DNA of 64,000 nucleotides. It comes from Myxococcota bacterium (GTDB taxonomy: Bacteria; Myxococcota_A; SURF-8). A program made the translations under genes and the position numbers. The notes below the pieces were generated by a model that was given only the letters and a program-made list of their open reading frames with translations, ran no database searches and had not been told where the DNA came from. Of the stretch, positions 47,784-57,350 are shown in pieces (positions within the stretch are counted from its first letter, which is position 1; each line of letters begins with the position of its first letter). The stretch covers positions 3,040,001 to 3,104,000 of the forward strand of contig OZ223209.1 in NCBI GenBank assembly GCA_965140415.1, given 5' to 3'.

Positions 47784-48905
47784 TTACCTATATTGAGAAA
47801 GCAAACGGACGAAGTCATCGAACAGATACTCGGTATCGGTCGGTCCGGGAGCTGCTTCGGGATGGAACTGGACAGAAAAGAATGGTTTCTGGCGATGCCG
47901 GATACCTTCATTGGTGCCATCGTTTATATTGACGAACCATGTATCCCAATCCTGCGGAATGGAATCTTCTAGAACGGCATAGCCATGATTCTGGCTGGTG
48001 ATGACACAGCGTCGGCTGATCAGATCCTGGCAGGGCTGATTTTGCGAGCGGTGCCCGTACTTCAATTTATAGGTGTCCGCTTCGGCTGCCAGCGCCATGA
48101 CCTGGTTACCCAGACAGATTCCAAAAATCGGCTTGTTCTGATTCAGCATCATGCGAACCTGTTGAACCAGCGGCATGACGTTCTTCGGATCTCCGGGACC
48201 GTTGGAAAGCAGAATCCCTTGATAATCCTGCTCCAGAGTCAGCAGGTTCGTATTCCAGGGAACACGCAAAACGGAAATTCCGCGTTTGAGCAAATGGCGG
48301 ATAATGTTGAGTTTGGCCCCACAATCGACCAGAAGGACCGTCATGTCTCCAGCGGGGTAATGGATGATTTCCTTGCAAGAAACTTCCGGTACCACACTTT
48401 CCAGGGGAATCGTGGAGGAGGGCAGGGCGACATCGGTTTCTACCGAGCAGATCTTTCCGCGCATCGTACCGACTTCACGGAGTTTCTGTGTCAGTGCGCG
48501 AGTGTCAATGCCGCAAATTCCAGGGACTCCGGCTTTTTTAAACCAGTCGTCCAGGCTTTGGGTTGCGCTATGGTGACTGAATTCCTCGGAGGCTTCAGAA
48601 ACCACAACCCCCAGCGTTTTCACTCCATCCGATTCGAATGGAACGCCCATTTCATGCAAAGCCCCAGCATCGATGTCCTGCATGATGCCGTAGTTTCCGA
48701 TTAGAGGATAGGTCATTACCAGAATTTGTGCGGTGTAGGAGCAATCCGTAAAGGACTCAACATATCCGGTCATTCCGGTGTTGAATACGACCTCTCCACA
48801 AACATCACAATCGGCCCCGAATCCCTGTCCCAGGTATTCGCTGCCATCCTCCAACACAAGCTTCATCGGTCGAACGAACTTCCCGATCACGCGAGTTCCT
48901 CCCAT
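47784..48905 (-). CDS. carA: Carbamoyl-phosphate synthase small subunit
   Basis: GEVVFNTGMTGY, SNGPGDP, GICLG, SQNHGY, QFHPE. Confidence 0.98.
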   Translation of the reverse strand: MGGTRVIGKFVRPMKLVLEDGSEYLGQGFGADCDVCGEVVFNTGMTGYVESFTDCSYTAQILVMTYPLIGNYGIMQDIDAGALHEMGVPFESDGVKTLGVVVSEASEEFSHHSATQSLDDWFKKAGVPGICGIDTRALTQKLREVGTMRGKICSVETDVALPSSTIPLESVVPEVSCKEIIHYPAGDMTVLLVDCGAKLNIIRHLLKRGISVLRVPWNTNLLTLEQDYQGILLSNGPGDPKNVMPLVQQVRMMLNQNKPIFGICLGNQVMALAAEADTYKLKYGHRSQNQPCQDLISRRCVITSQNHGYAVLEDSIPQDWDTWFVNINDGTNEGIRHRQKPFFSVQFHPEAAPGPTDTEYLFDDFVRLLSQYR

Positions 48906-49246
48906 GTGCTATAAATCTCTAGCTCGCCATATCATCAACTGGAGGATATGCCTATCACAATGCGAGAAAAGCCGCAAGAGCTATTGAAAATAAATTCATG
49001 AAACTGGATAATCGAAAAGAGGAATGGATTTTATCCATTGCGTTTTGATATTACAGGGTTATGGAACTAGAAAAGTCTTGTTGAGAAACATGAGTTTTAT
49101 GATATAGTTCCGGGCTGAAGATGAAAGATGCAACATGAAGGGTTTGGTCGAGGCGGCTTTTGTATCCTTGTCAAAGTAGGGAATAAATTCCAGTAATAAC
49201 AGACTATTGCTGGATGGCTATCCAGATGTTCTGTAAGAGGAAACAC

Positions 49247-50218
49247 ATGCAGTGGAGGAAAATTGCTTGGGCTTCGCTCGTTATCCTGTTTGCGGTATGG
49301 ATATCCGGGCTTTCGTTCTGCGCCACCTCGTCGGGGAAAGTCAATCCAACGTGGCTGCCTGCAAACGTTCAGAGACCGAACAGTGCGGATGAATTTGAAA
49401 TGAAATGGAAGAAATTCCACCACTCGTTGCCGGATAAACGAGCCCGGGGGAAAATAACGGATGTTGTGGATCGATTGTTAAGTAAATACAATGATCCTCA
49501 GCCTGCCGAGATCCAGAAAATTGCTGCGACTCTTGTCGGGACGGGCTATCAGCTTTCCGAATACAATGGGCCCAAAGGTCATTGGTTGATTCTGGAAGGC
49601 GAGGGCAAGCGTCGTGGGGCCGGATATTATCTTTTCCGACTTGGTCCTTTGCCCAACGAAATGGTTTTACAGGCGCCGCATGCGATTTTCGACGTTCACA
49701 CGGATGTGATCGCCAAATACATATTCGTAAATTATCCCGTGCGTGCCGTCTTCTTTTGCGACTGGCAACGCTATGGCTGGACCGGGAAACAGCCCAACAA
49801 GGATAGCGACTATGACCTGGCGCACAACCCCGACACTCTGTATCAGGACTTGACTGCACTGTGGGCAAAGCGATTACCGCAGACGGTGTTCGTTCAGATC
49901 CATGGCTTCAATCAATCCAGTATTCGAGATCATGATACGAAAATGATTCTCAGTCCCGGGCATCGTCGCAAAGTTGGCAAATACTTCGATAAGATGGTTA
50001 CCGCCTTTTATCAGCATTTTTCTCCCAAGCAGATTGCCTTGTATCCCAGCACCATCAAAGTACTAGGCGGCACGACGAATGTGCAGGGGAAGTTGATACG
50101 GAAACTGGGGGGACAGTTCATTCATATCGAGTTATCGGAGTCCGTAAGAAATGAAATGAAAAAGCAACCGAAGAGCATTTCGACATTGGGCCAGGCCTTG
50201 ATGGCAGGGCTAAAGTAG
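49247..50218 (+). CDS. Secreted hypothetical protein, possibly a Zn-dependent amidohydrolase fold
   Basis: Signal peptide; QAPHAIFD, DLAHN, QIHGF motifs; GAGG RBS before 49247. Confidence 0.6.
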   Translation: MQWRKIAWASLVILFAVWISGLSFCATSSGKVNPTWLPANVQRPNSADEFEMKWKKFHHSLPDKRARGKITDVVDRLLSKYNDPQPAEIQKIAATLVGTGYQLSEYNGPKGHWLILEGEGKRRGAGYYLFRLGPLPNEMVLQAPHAIFDVHTDVIAKYIFVNYPVRAVFFCDWQRYGWTGKQPNKDSDYDLAHNPDTLYQDLTALWAKRLPQTVFVQIHGFNQSSIRDHDTKMILSPGHRRKVGKYFDKMVTAFYQHFSPKQIALYPSTIKVLGGTTNVQGKLIRKLGGQFIHIELSESVRNEMKKQPKSISTLGQALMAGLK

Positions 50219-50270
50219 TTCGCATTGTAATGAAAACAGAAGACAAACTATGTAATTGGAGTAATGAACC

Positions 50271-52145
50271 ATGTCAAGAATCGTGTGGCGACGAATCCTT
50301 ATTTCGATGATCCTGCTTTCATTCATCTTCGTTATCCCGGCCTGTGGCGGCGACGATGAAGTGGTGGATGGCGATACGGATGGCGATACGGATGGAGACC
50401 AGGAACTGGCTTCATTCGAATATGCTTCCTGTGCTTCGCGCTCGGATGCATTCCAATATCCCACTCCGAGCTGGGAAAACAGCGCAGACACCCTTACCGG
50501 TGTACAACTCAAGCCTCCGGCAAACGATAAAGCCGCCTTGCTCTTAAAAGACGAAAAAGAGGAGTGGTATCTGGCAATTAACGATTTGGATGGATTTCCC
50601 CGCATGGCCGATTGGGTGATTGCCCTGGACAACGATGCAAGTGCCGTCGATGGGGAGAAAGTAAAGGTGTTCAGTTGGTTGTCCCAGGACGTAACGTTGC
50701 TTTCCGATGTGGATATCAGCGTTGAATTGTCCGACGATCCATCTCTCTTAATGATACAGGCCAACAAGCCGTTGCCGCTGCCCCAGAAGGGGGAACGGTA
50801 TATTCTCGCTTTGTATGAAGGCGTTACAACGGGAGCGACTCCTCTGCCTGCTTGTGACAGCAGCGAGGTGCACCCGCAATACGTGGATGCAGCCAATGCG
50901 CTGGTGGCCGCCGGGGAAGGAGAGGCATTGGTATATGCTTTGCCTACGACAGTCAGCCGCACCAGCATCGTTCATGCGAACCTGTATGATGAGTTATCGC
51001 AAACACCGACCTTGCAGGTTACGAGCATCGAGGAACATAGCGACTACGACAATTTTGATGGTTTGAAAGCCGATGCCGACACGTTGGCATTATTGGCCGA
51101 GCATAGCTATTCCGGTCTGTTTACAACTCCGATGTATCAGGACGAGAACGGTATCATCCAAACCGACATCGAAACGGAAACGCCTATTGCTGCTGGAACT
51201 ACAAGTCCTGGATATTTCCTTATTCTTCCAAAAGACGGTCAGGCTCCCTTCCCGATGCTTCTTTTCCAGCATGGTGGAAGTCGCTTCAAATATGATTCTC
51301 TCGCCATTGCCAAACCCTACCTGGAAAACGGGATTGCCATTTTGGGAATCGATCTGCCTTATCATGGCGACCGTGCCAGTGGGAGCAACAATGGCTCGGA
51401 ACTGGACATGGCCAACTTCGATGAGCCCCTGCGTACGCGTGATAACTTCAGGCAGGCCAGCTCGGACCACCTTTCCGTATTGACAGGAATCGATGCCCTG
51501 AACACAGCTTTGGAGCAATACACGGGTGAGACCGAGACGCTGGACAAAACCAGGCTCTTTTTCATGGGACACTCGATGGGCTCCGTCAGCGGCACCATGA
51601 CTTCATCCGTTGCAGATAACGTGCTCGGCGCGAGTTTAGTTGCAGGAGGATGCCCATACCGCCTGGTGGTTTCTGACGGCATGTTCAGTATGTTTATTAT
51701 GAACATGGTCAAGAATCGTCCCAATGCCGAGATCCGTTTGCTTCTCGGCTTCATCCAAACTCTGCTTGATGGCGGAGATCCTGTCAATTTCCCGCAATCG
51801 CAGGAAAATCCAGAGTTGGCTCCCAAAGATATTCTGATCTGGGAAGCGGTTGGAGAGCCGGTCTTGATCAATCCGGCGACGGATCTGCAAGCCTATGTTT
51901 ACGGTGCCGATCTGGCGACTCCGGTTCATCATTCGGTTGAACATCTTTCGGAATTAGATGAACCAATCTCGAATAATTTCGATGGTTTGGGAGAAGGCTC
52001 GGCGACTCGCGTTTTGCGACAGGTCGAGTTTCCTGATGTGGCGACCCAGAATTTGCACATGGAAATGTTCACGGACATGATTTCCCATGTGCATGCCGGT
52101 CCTTGTTTCGGTGCAAGAGCGGAAGGAAATGCTTGTTCCTATTGA
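50271..52145 (+). CDS. Lipoprotein alpha/beta hydrolase (extracellular lipase-like) with short DGD tether
   Basis: IPA-C; FQHG, IDLPYHGDR, RDNFRQ, GHSMG, DGGDP. Confidence 0.85.
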   Translation: MSRIVWRRILISMILLSFIFVIPACGGDDEVVDGDTDGDTDGDQELASFEYASCASRSDAFQYPTPSWENSADTLTGVQLKPPANDKAALLLKDEKEEWYLAINDLDGFPRMADWVIALDNDASAVDGEKVKVFSWLSQDVTLLSDVDISVELSDDPSLLMIQANKPLPLPQKGERYILALYEGVTTGATPLPACDSSEVHPQYVDAANALVAAGEGEALVYALPTTVSRTSIVHANLYDELSQTPTLQVTSIEEHSDYDNFDGLKADADTLALLAEHSYSGLFTTPMYQDENGIIQTDIETETPIAAGTTSPGYFLILPKDGQAPFPMLLFQHGGSRFKYDSLAIAKPYLENGIAILGIDLPYHGDRASGSNNGSELDMANFDEPLRTRDNFRQASSDHLSVLTGIDALNTALEQYTGETETLDKTRLFFMGHSMGSVSGTMTSSVADNVLGASLVAGGCPYRLVVSDGMFSMFIMNMVKNRPNAEIRLLLGFIQTLLDGGDPVNFPQSQENPELAPKDILIWEAVGEPVLINPATDLQAYVYGADLATPVHHSVEHLSELDEPISNNFDGLGEGSATRVLRQVEFPDVATQNLHMEMFTDMISHVHAGPCFGARAEGNACSY

Positions 52146-52271
52146 TCTTCGATTTCTGAAGCAGTCTGGTGCTCTGGATGGATAGAGTGCCGGACTGCTT
52201 GGGATTCATCCCGGTTTCACATTTTGCAAAGATAGGAAAAATCGCGTCGGTGATGGAAGGCGGCGAAGGAC

Positions 52272-55079
52272 GTGGCGGAACGAAATGCTGTGACACGCAT
52301 GGAAGGCTTGTTGACGCGCTGGGCGGAGTTGCTTTCTTCAAAGACTCGCCCATTGCTGATCTTGTTTCTTGTTTTGACTGCGTTGAGTGTAAGTCCGGCA
52401 CTGAACTTCCAGCTTGAATCCTCGGAAAACGTCCTGTTCCCATCTGCATTGTACTCCTCGCAAGAAAATGAAAATCTATCTCAAGGTATCGGGGCGACAG
52501 ATATCCTCTATGGAGTTGTCGAGGGAGGAACGTTGGCAGAAAAAGCTGCGTTCATTTCGGAACTCGTAAACGATCTGACTATCGAGCGCGACCGGTTGTT
52601 GGATATCGGCCAGGATGGAATGCTTCAGTATGCCATTTACCGCCTGCCCATTTCCTTTTTCGAAGATCGCCGCCTGCTGTACTTGAAAATCGCCGATTTG
52701 CTGGACATTGAAAGCCGCTTGAAGCGTCGCCTCGAACAGGAAAGGATGAAACACAACCCGTTTTATATTGACCTTGAGCAGCAGGAAGAATCGGAAGTTG
52801 ATATTTCCTTTCAAGACTTGCAAGCCAAATACGGCATGGAGCGATTTCAGGAGTACACGGTTTCTGTCGATCAGAACATTTTGGTTGCTTTATTCAAACC
52901 CACTCAGCCCAGCAGCGATATCGGGTTTTCCCAACGTCTCGTGGAATGGGTGCGGAATACAGCACAGGCCAGATTGCAAAAGCAGCATAAAAGCGGCTTG
53001 AAGTTTTCAATTGGAGGCTCATATATAGAGCAGATTGTGTGGCGCGATACTATTGACCATGACAGGAAAGTCTGCCATGGCATCTTCTTTATTTGTTTTG
53101 CTTTGCTGACTCTACTGATCTTTCGGCGTCCACGCCCGTTAATTCTATTGGGATTGGTAGGAATCAGTTTTTCCTGTTGGATGGTCGCACTGGTTACCCT
53201 GTATTATCATTCAGTGAATTTATTCGGTTTCACTGCGATCCCCATCGCTTTGACTTTATGCTTGACGTATGGGCTTCTGTTTCTTTACAAGTACGCAGAG
53301 CTTCGTCGTCTGGATTATGATGTCCATAATGCCGTAAAAAACATTGTGATCCGAGAAGGCGAAATCATGCTGCCTGTGGCGCTGATTGTCGCAATTGTGC
53401 TTCTGGGAATGAGTTTCTTTTCGTTTCCAGGCATGGCGCTGTTCTGCCGAATCGCTGCTATTGGTATCCTGCTGATACTTGTTGCTGTTTTGGGATTCCT
53501 GCCGGTTCTACTGTTGACGAGCGAGCATGTTTCTCTAATGATATTCAGCAGTTCCGTTCGTATCGTGCAGCCAATGCCGAGACGCATGCCGCGTGGGAAA
53601 GCTGTCGTTGCAATCGGCGTAGGGCTTGTTCTTGTGACTGCTGTATTGTTTTTTCAAAGTTGGTTTTGTTGGCAGAAACCATGGTGTTCCAGTGCAAATC
53701 GCTGTTGCGATGGAGAAGATTGCTGCAAACCTGCTATTGATTTCGAGTACGATTTCCTTCATTTTCTTCCGGCACCGCCACGGATCGCAGAAGTCGAAAA
53801 GAAATTCAAACAAGCGGTTCCGATTCACCTGCGTCCAGTCGTCATTGTCGCTCCTTCAAGAAACGAATTACATGCTTTCTTAAAAAAACTTGATACGGAG
53901 CAAGAGGGCGATCCCGATCCGGCGATACAAAATGAAAGCTCTATCCTCAGATTCGTTCCCGCTGAACAGGAAAAGAAAAAAGAGATTCTTGCTCGCATCG
54001 ATCAATTGGCGACCCATGAAAATATCGCATTTCTGGATCGGCGCATTCAGCGCAAGATTGATGATGTACGGTCCTTGTTGCATCCATCCTCTGTTAGTAT
54101 TTACCAACTACCCATCAGCGTGATCCGGGTGTTCAGTCAACAGCCCACCGGAACGGAAAAAATATTGGAGATTTTGCATCGTTCATTACGAACGTTGCCG
54201 GACACAATAACCGATTCGGAATGGGATCAGGCCGTGTTGCAAACATTGCAAAGTTTGTCGGATGGCCAGTTGATCCAGTTGTATCGGGATATCAGGCAGT
54301 CTGAATTGGCTGGCGAGTTGGACAAGAAGGATAGCCAAAAGCTTGCCAAGCCGGAAAATCTACTGCCTGTTTTCAGGGCGTATCATTCCAGATATGTTGG
54401 AACCGTTGCATACCTTTACCCTGCACAATCCGCATTTCAGGGAAAAGCTGCGTTGGCTACAGCCGAGTTCTTGCAGCCTCTATTGGCAAAACATCCGAAC
54501 ATAGAGGCGTACGGTCAGATGATGGAACTGGCCAGCATGCTGAACAAGTTAAAGCCGATGCTGTATTCCGGTCTATTGGCGGGGCTTTTAGCAGTTATGG
54601 TGATTCTGCCTTTGATATTCCGACCATTTCCACGTTTGTTCCTGATTCCCACCCCGGTAATTGTGGGAAATAGCATTTTAATTTTGAGTATGTCGATCTT
54701 CTCGATCAAGTGGAATATTTATATTCTGATGGGTGTGCCGATTCTGCTTTGGTTTGGATTTGATGCCAGCATTCGCATGTATTTGCGCTATTGGCGAGAT
54801 GGATTGATCGGCGCGGTGCAGTCGTTGATTGCGGAAGGGCAGGCGGTATTGGTGGCCGTTTTGACTTTACTGTTTTCGCAGATCGGGTGGTTATCGTTTA
54901 CGCACCGTGGCGCAGCGATTGTGGGACTTGCAACTCTGCTGGGAGTTATCGCATTCTCTCTTGCTTGCTTTGGCTTCTTTCCTGCCTTATTGGAATTGTA
55001 CAATGCAAGATTGCAGCGGAGACGGTTGAGTTTCGTGCAAAAGAAAACCGCCCCTACCAGAAAATGGTGGAGCGGTTGA
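52272..55079 (+). CDS. MMPL/RND-family membrane protein (divergent)
   Basis: TM, large loop, 5 TM pattern repeated twice; FLPVLL / FFPALL ends. Confidence 0.75.
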   Translation: MAERNAVTRMEGLLTRWAELLSSKTRPLLILFLVLTALSVSPALNFQLESSENVLFPSALYSSQENENLSQGIGATDILYGVVEGGTLAEKAAFISELVNDLTIERDRLLDIGQDGMLQYAIYRLPISFFEDRRLLYLKIADLLDIESRLKRRLEQERMKHNPFYIDLEQQEESEVDISFQDLQAKYGMERFQEYTVSVDQNILVALFKPTQPSSDIGFSQRLVEWVRNTAQARLQKQHKSGLKFSIGGSYIEQIVWRDTIDHDRKVCHGIFFICFALLTLLIFRRPRPLILLGLVGISFSCWMVALVTLYYHSVNLFGFTAIPIALTLCLTYGLLFLYKYAELRRLDYDVHNAVKNIVIREGEIMLPVALIVAIVLLGMSFFSFPGMALFCRIAAIGILLILVAVLGFLPVLLLTSEHVSLMIFSSSVRIVQPMPRRMPRGKAVVAIGVGLVLVTAVLFFQSWFCWQKPWCSSANRCCDGEDCCKPAIDFEYDFLHFLPAPPRIAEVEKKFKQAVPIHLRPVVIVAPSRNELHAFLKKLDTEQEGDPDPAIQNESSILRFVPAEQEKKKEILARIDQLATHENIAFLDRRIQRKIDDVRSLLHPSSVSIYQLPISVIRVFSQQPTGTEKILEILHRSLRTLPDTITDSEWDQAVLQTLQSLSDGQLIQLYRDIRQSELAGELDKKDSQKLAKPENLLPVFRAYHSRYVGTVAYLYPAQSAFQGKAALATAEFLQPLLAKHPNIEAYGQMMELASMLNKLKPMLYSGLLAGLLAVMVILPLIFRPFPRLFLIPTPVIVGNSILILSMSIFSIKWNIYILMGVPILLWFGFDASIRMYLRYWRDGLIGAVQSLIAEGQAVLVAVLTLLFSQIGWLSFTHRGAAIVGLATLLGVIAFSLACFGFFPALLELYNARLQRRRLSFVQKKTAPTRKWWSG

Positions 55080-55102
55080 TGATGTTCTGGATAATGTAGG
55101 AA

Positions 55103-55903
55103 TCAGGGCGCTTTCGGCTCTTCACTTTTTTCTTTTTCGGTATTCGCTTCCACCTGTTCCATCATCTTGTCTGCTTCTTGTTTGGCGGCTTCTTCGGATT
55201 CTTCCAGCGCTTTTGTATCCTGCTCTGTTTCTTCTTCCGGTTCATCCGCGATGGTACTGGGCATTTCTTTCGGTGCAGGCTTTTCCTTCTTTTCCGCTGT
55301 CCGCCAGGTGTCTACCTGACCGTCTGCATCAATATCCAGGCCGATACGGTCCAATTCCCCTTTTTCGTAATATTCCCAATAGTCGATGCGACCATCGTTG
55401 TTGCGATCTTTCTCAAGGCGCACCAACTGGTTTTTCAGATAATATTTGAACATGTCCGGTTTTTCATCGAAAGCGAAATCGATGGATTTCTTAATGATCT
55501 GACCTTTTGCATAGTGGTCGATCAGGTCGATGCGTCCATCAAAATCGAGATCGAAGGACTCCTTGGACATTTGACCGTCGGGTCCGTATTCTGACCAGAC
55601 ATCGATTTTTCCATCGCCATTCAAATCCAATTCGCGTTTAACCAGCACTAAAATGCTTTTGCCCGTTTCTTCGTCTTTACCAGTGGCATAAAATTTAAAA
55701 ACATCCGGTTTCAAATCGGAATTGAGATCGAATTCTTTTACACGCAGACCATCGCTATCCATGTGGGACATCTTGGCATCGCTGAAATCTTTTTCTTCCG
55801 CTGTTTTTTTGGTTTCGGCACAGCCGAGGACAGAAAAAGCGAAAAATAAACAAATCAGCATAAGCCAATAGGCTTTGACCTTCATTCCAAGCTCCTTGAC
55901 CAT
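55103..55903 (-). CDS. Lipoprotein with six DxDxDG-like putative Ca-binding repeats and charged tail
   Basis: VLG-C; DLNSDLKPD, DLNGDGKID, DLDFDGRID, DFAFDEKPD, DRNNDGRID, DIDADGQVD. Confidence 0.8.
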   Translation of the reverse strand: MVKELGMKVKAYWLMLICLFFAFSVLGCAETKKTAEEKDFSDAKMSHMDSDGLRVKEFDLNSDLKPDVFKFYATGKDEETGKSILVLVKRELDLNGDGKIDVWSEYGPDGQMSKESFDLDFDGRIDLIDHYAKGQIIKKSIDFAFDEKPDMFKYYLKNQLVRLEKDRNNDGRIDYWEYYEKGELDRIGLDIDADGQVDTWRTAEKKEKPAPKEMPSTIADEPEEETEQDTKALEESEEAAKQEADKMMEQVEANTEKEKSEEPKAP

Positions 55904-56155
55904 TAAAAGTCCTTTAACTTACCCCGGTTTCCAAGCCTTTCAATAAGGTTTGCATAGTATACTTCATGGTCATCACTTTGACAACATTTTAGATCGAAAA
56001 GCAGAAATCGGGGAATCATGTCGATGGAAAACGGGCGGCGATGGTTTCTATCTATCGAGTTGGCGGAGATGACGTGACAAAGCTCTTGATCTTTTTGGGG
56101 AGACATACTACACCTGATTGACGTGTTACCGTTAGTGAAGGGAAAGGGGTATTTT

Positions 56156-57178
56156 ATGAGCAATCGTGTGGTTTGGGATGAAAAAAAGAACGCGTTTTAT
56201 GAAACGTGGTATTTCACTGTAAATCATCGTGCAAGTGGAAAGTCCTTTTGGCTGCGTAGCACCTTGAATTTAACCCCAGATGGAACTCGCGATCAGTTCG
56301 GTGGTTTGTGGTGCGCCATGTTCGATCCGGAAAAGCCGGGAGAAAATCTGGCTTTTCATCGAATGTATCCGGAATCCAGTGTATGTTTCGGAAGAGGCGG
56401 TCTGGATGTCGTCATCGGCGAATCGCGTTTGCGAGAAGGACAGTATCGTGCCGAGTTCGCCAATGATTCTCATTTCGCGTCCTGGGATTTACACTATAAG
56501 CCACACACGGAAGATATCTGGCTTGTACCCAAGTTGATCCGGGGTAGTCATATTCCCAAAGCGGATGTCTGCGTTCCAAATGTAGATATCGAGTTGGAAG
56601 GGGAATTGACGATCGATGGGGAAACCTACCGTTTCGAAGGTGATCCGGCGGGACAGGCCCATCATTGGGGATATCACTATGCAAGAGAATGGCTCTGGGG
56701 TCATTGCAATGATTTCGAGAATTCACCCGGGGCCTGGTTGGAAGTGCTGGCCGTCAAGCTGTTTGATTGGGGACGGGCCAGCTATCCGGTGACATTGCTA
56801 CAGTTAAATGCTCCTTCCGGGCGTTATGGCGTTCGAACTCCGTTGCAATTGTTGCATTCGCGAGCTTGCTATGAGAAGGGAATCTGGCGTTATGTAGCGA
56901 TCGAGCGAGAAACACGCATTGAAGTTGAATTTTCCGCTCCAGAAAGTGCATTCGTTTGTTTTCCCTATACTTCACCGCACAACGAGTCGTTTTGGTGCCA
57001 CAACAGTTGCTTGTGCGATTTGAAAGTACAGGTGTTTGCCCGAAAGGGGAACTCTTGGGTGCCAATCGAACAACTGGTATCGAAAAGGCGAGCCGCAGCA
57101 GAATTCTGTACAATGAAAGAAACTACCCCTTCTGAATTTGTCTACCAAGGTGTCGTTTCCCCACGATTTATCCCTTGA
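56156..57178 (+). CDS. Hypothetical protein, tocopherol cyclase/AttH-like
   Basis: FYETWY, GQAHHWG..WLWGHCN. Confidence 0.6.
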   Translation: MSNRVVWDEKKNAFYETWYFTVNHRASGKSFWLRSTLNLTPDGTRDQFGGLWCAMFDPEKPGENLAFHRMYPESSVCFGRGGLDVVIGESRLREGQYRAEFANDSHFASWDLHYKPHTEDIWLVPKLIRGSHIPKADVCVPNVDIELEGELTIDGETYRFEGDPAGQAHHWGYHYAREWLWGHCNDFENSPGAWLEVLAVKLFDWGRASYPVTLLQLNAPSGRYGVRTPLQLLHSRACYEKGIWRYVAIERETRIEVEFSAPESAFVCFPYTSPHNESFWCHNSCLCDLKVQVFARKGNSWVPIEQLVSKRRAAAEFCTMKETTPSEFVYQGVVSPRFIP

Positions 57179-57350
57179 ACGAGTTGAGATTACTGCTGGT
57201 AGAATTGGTCGCATCGAACCCTTCTGAAACATTATATTGTTAAAAAGCGGTTGACAAACGAGAATTGCTGTCGCAAAATATAATCAGGAGGAGGACTATT
57301 CTTCCCATCGGCATGGATCGCCGATGAACAGGTTTCAAGGAGGAACCATC

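Noticed and set aside
44797-47796. 515-aa and 400-aa + strand ORFs
   Set aside because: Antisense shadows of carB
57300-57327. sigma28 promoter for the flagellin-like gene (GCCGATGA)
   Set aside because: No TAAA at the required spacing; the motif is one arm of a small hairpin, and a TTGACA-N17-CAAAAT sigma70-like site lies upstream
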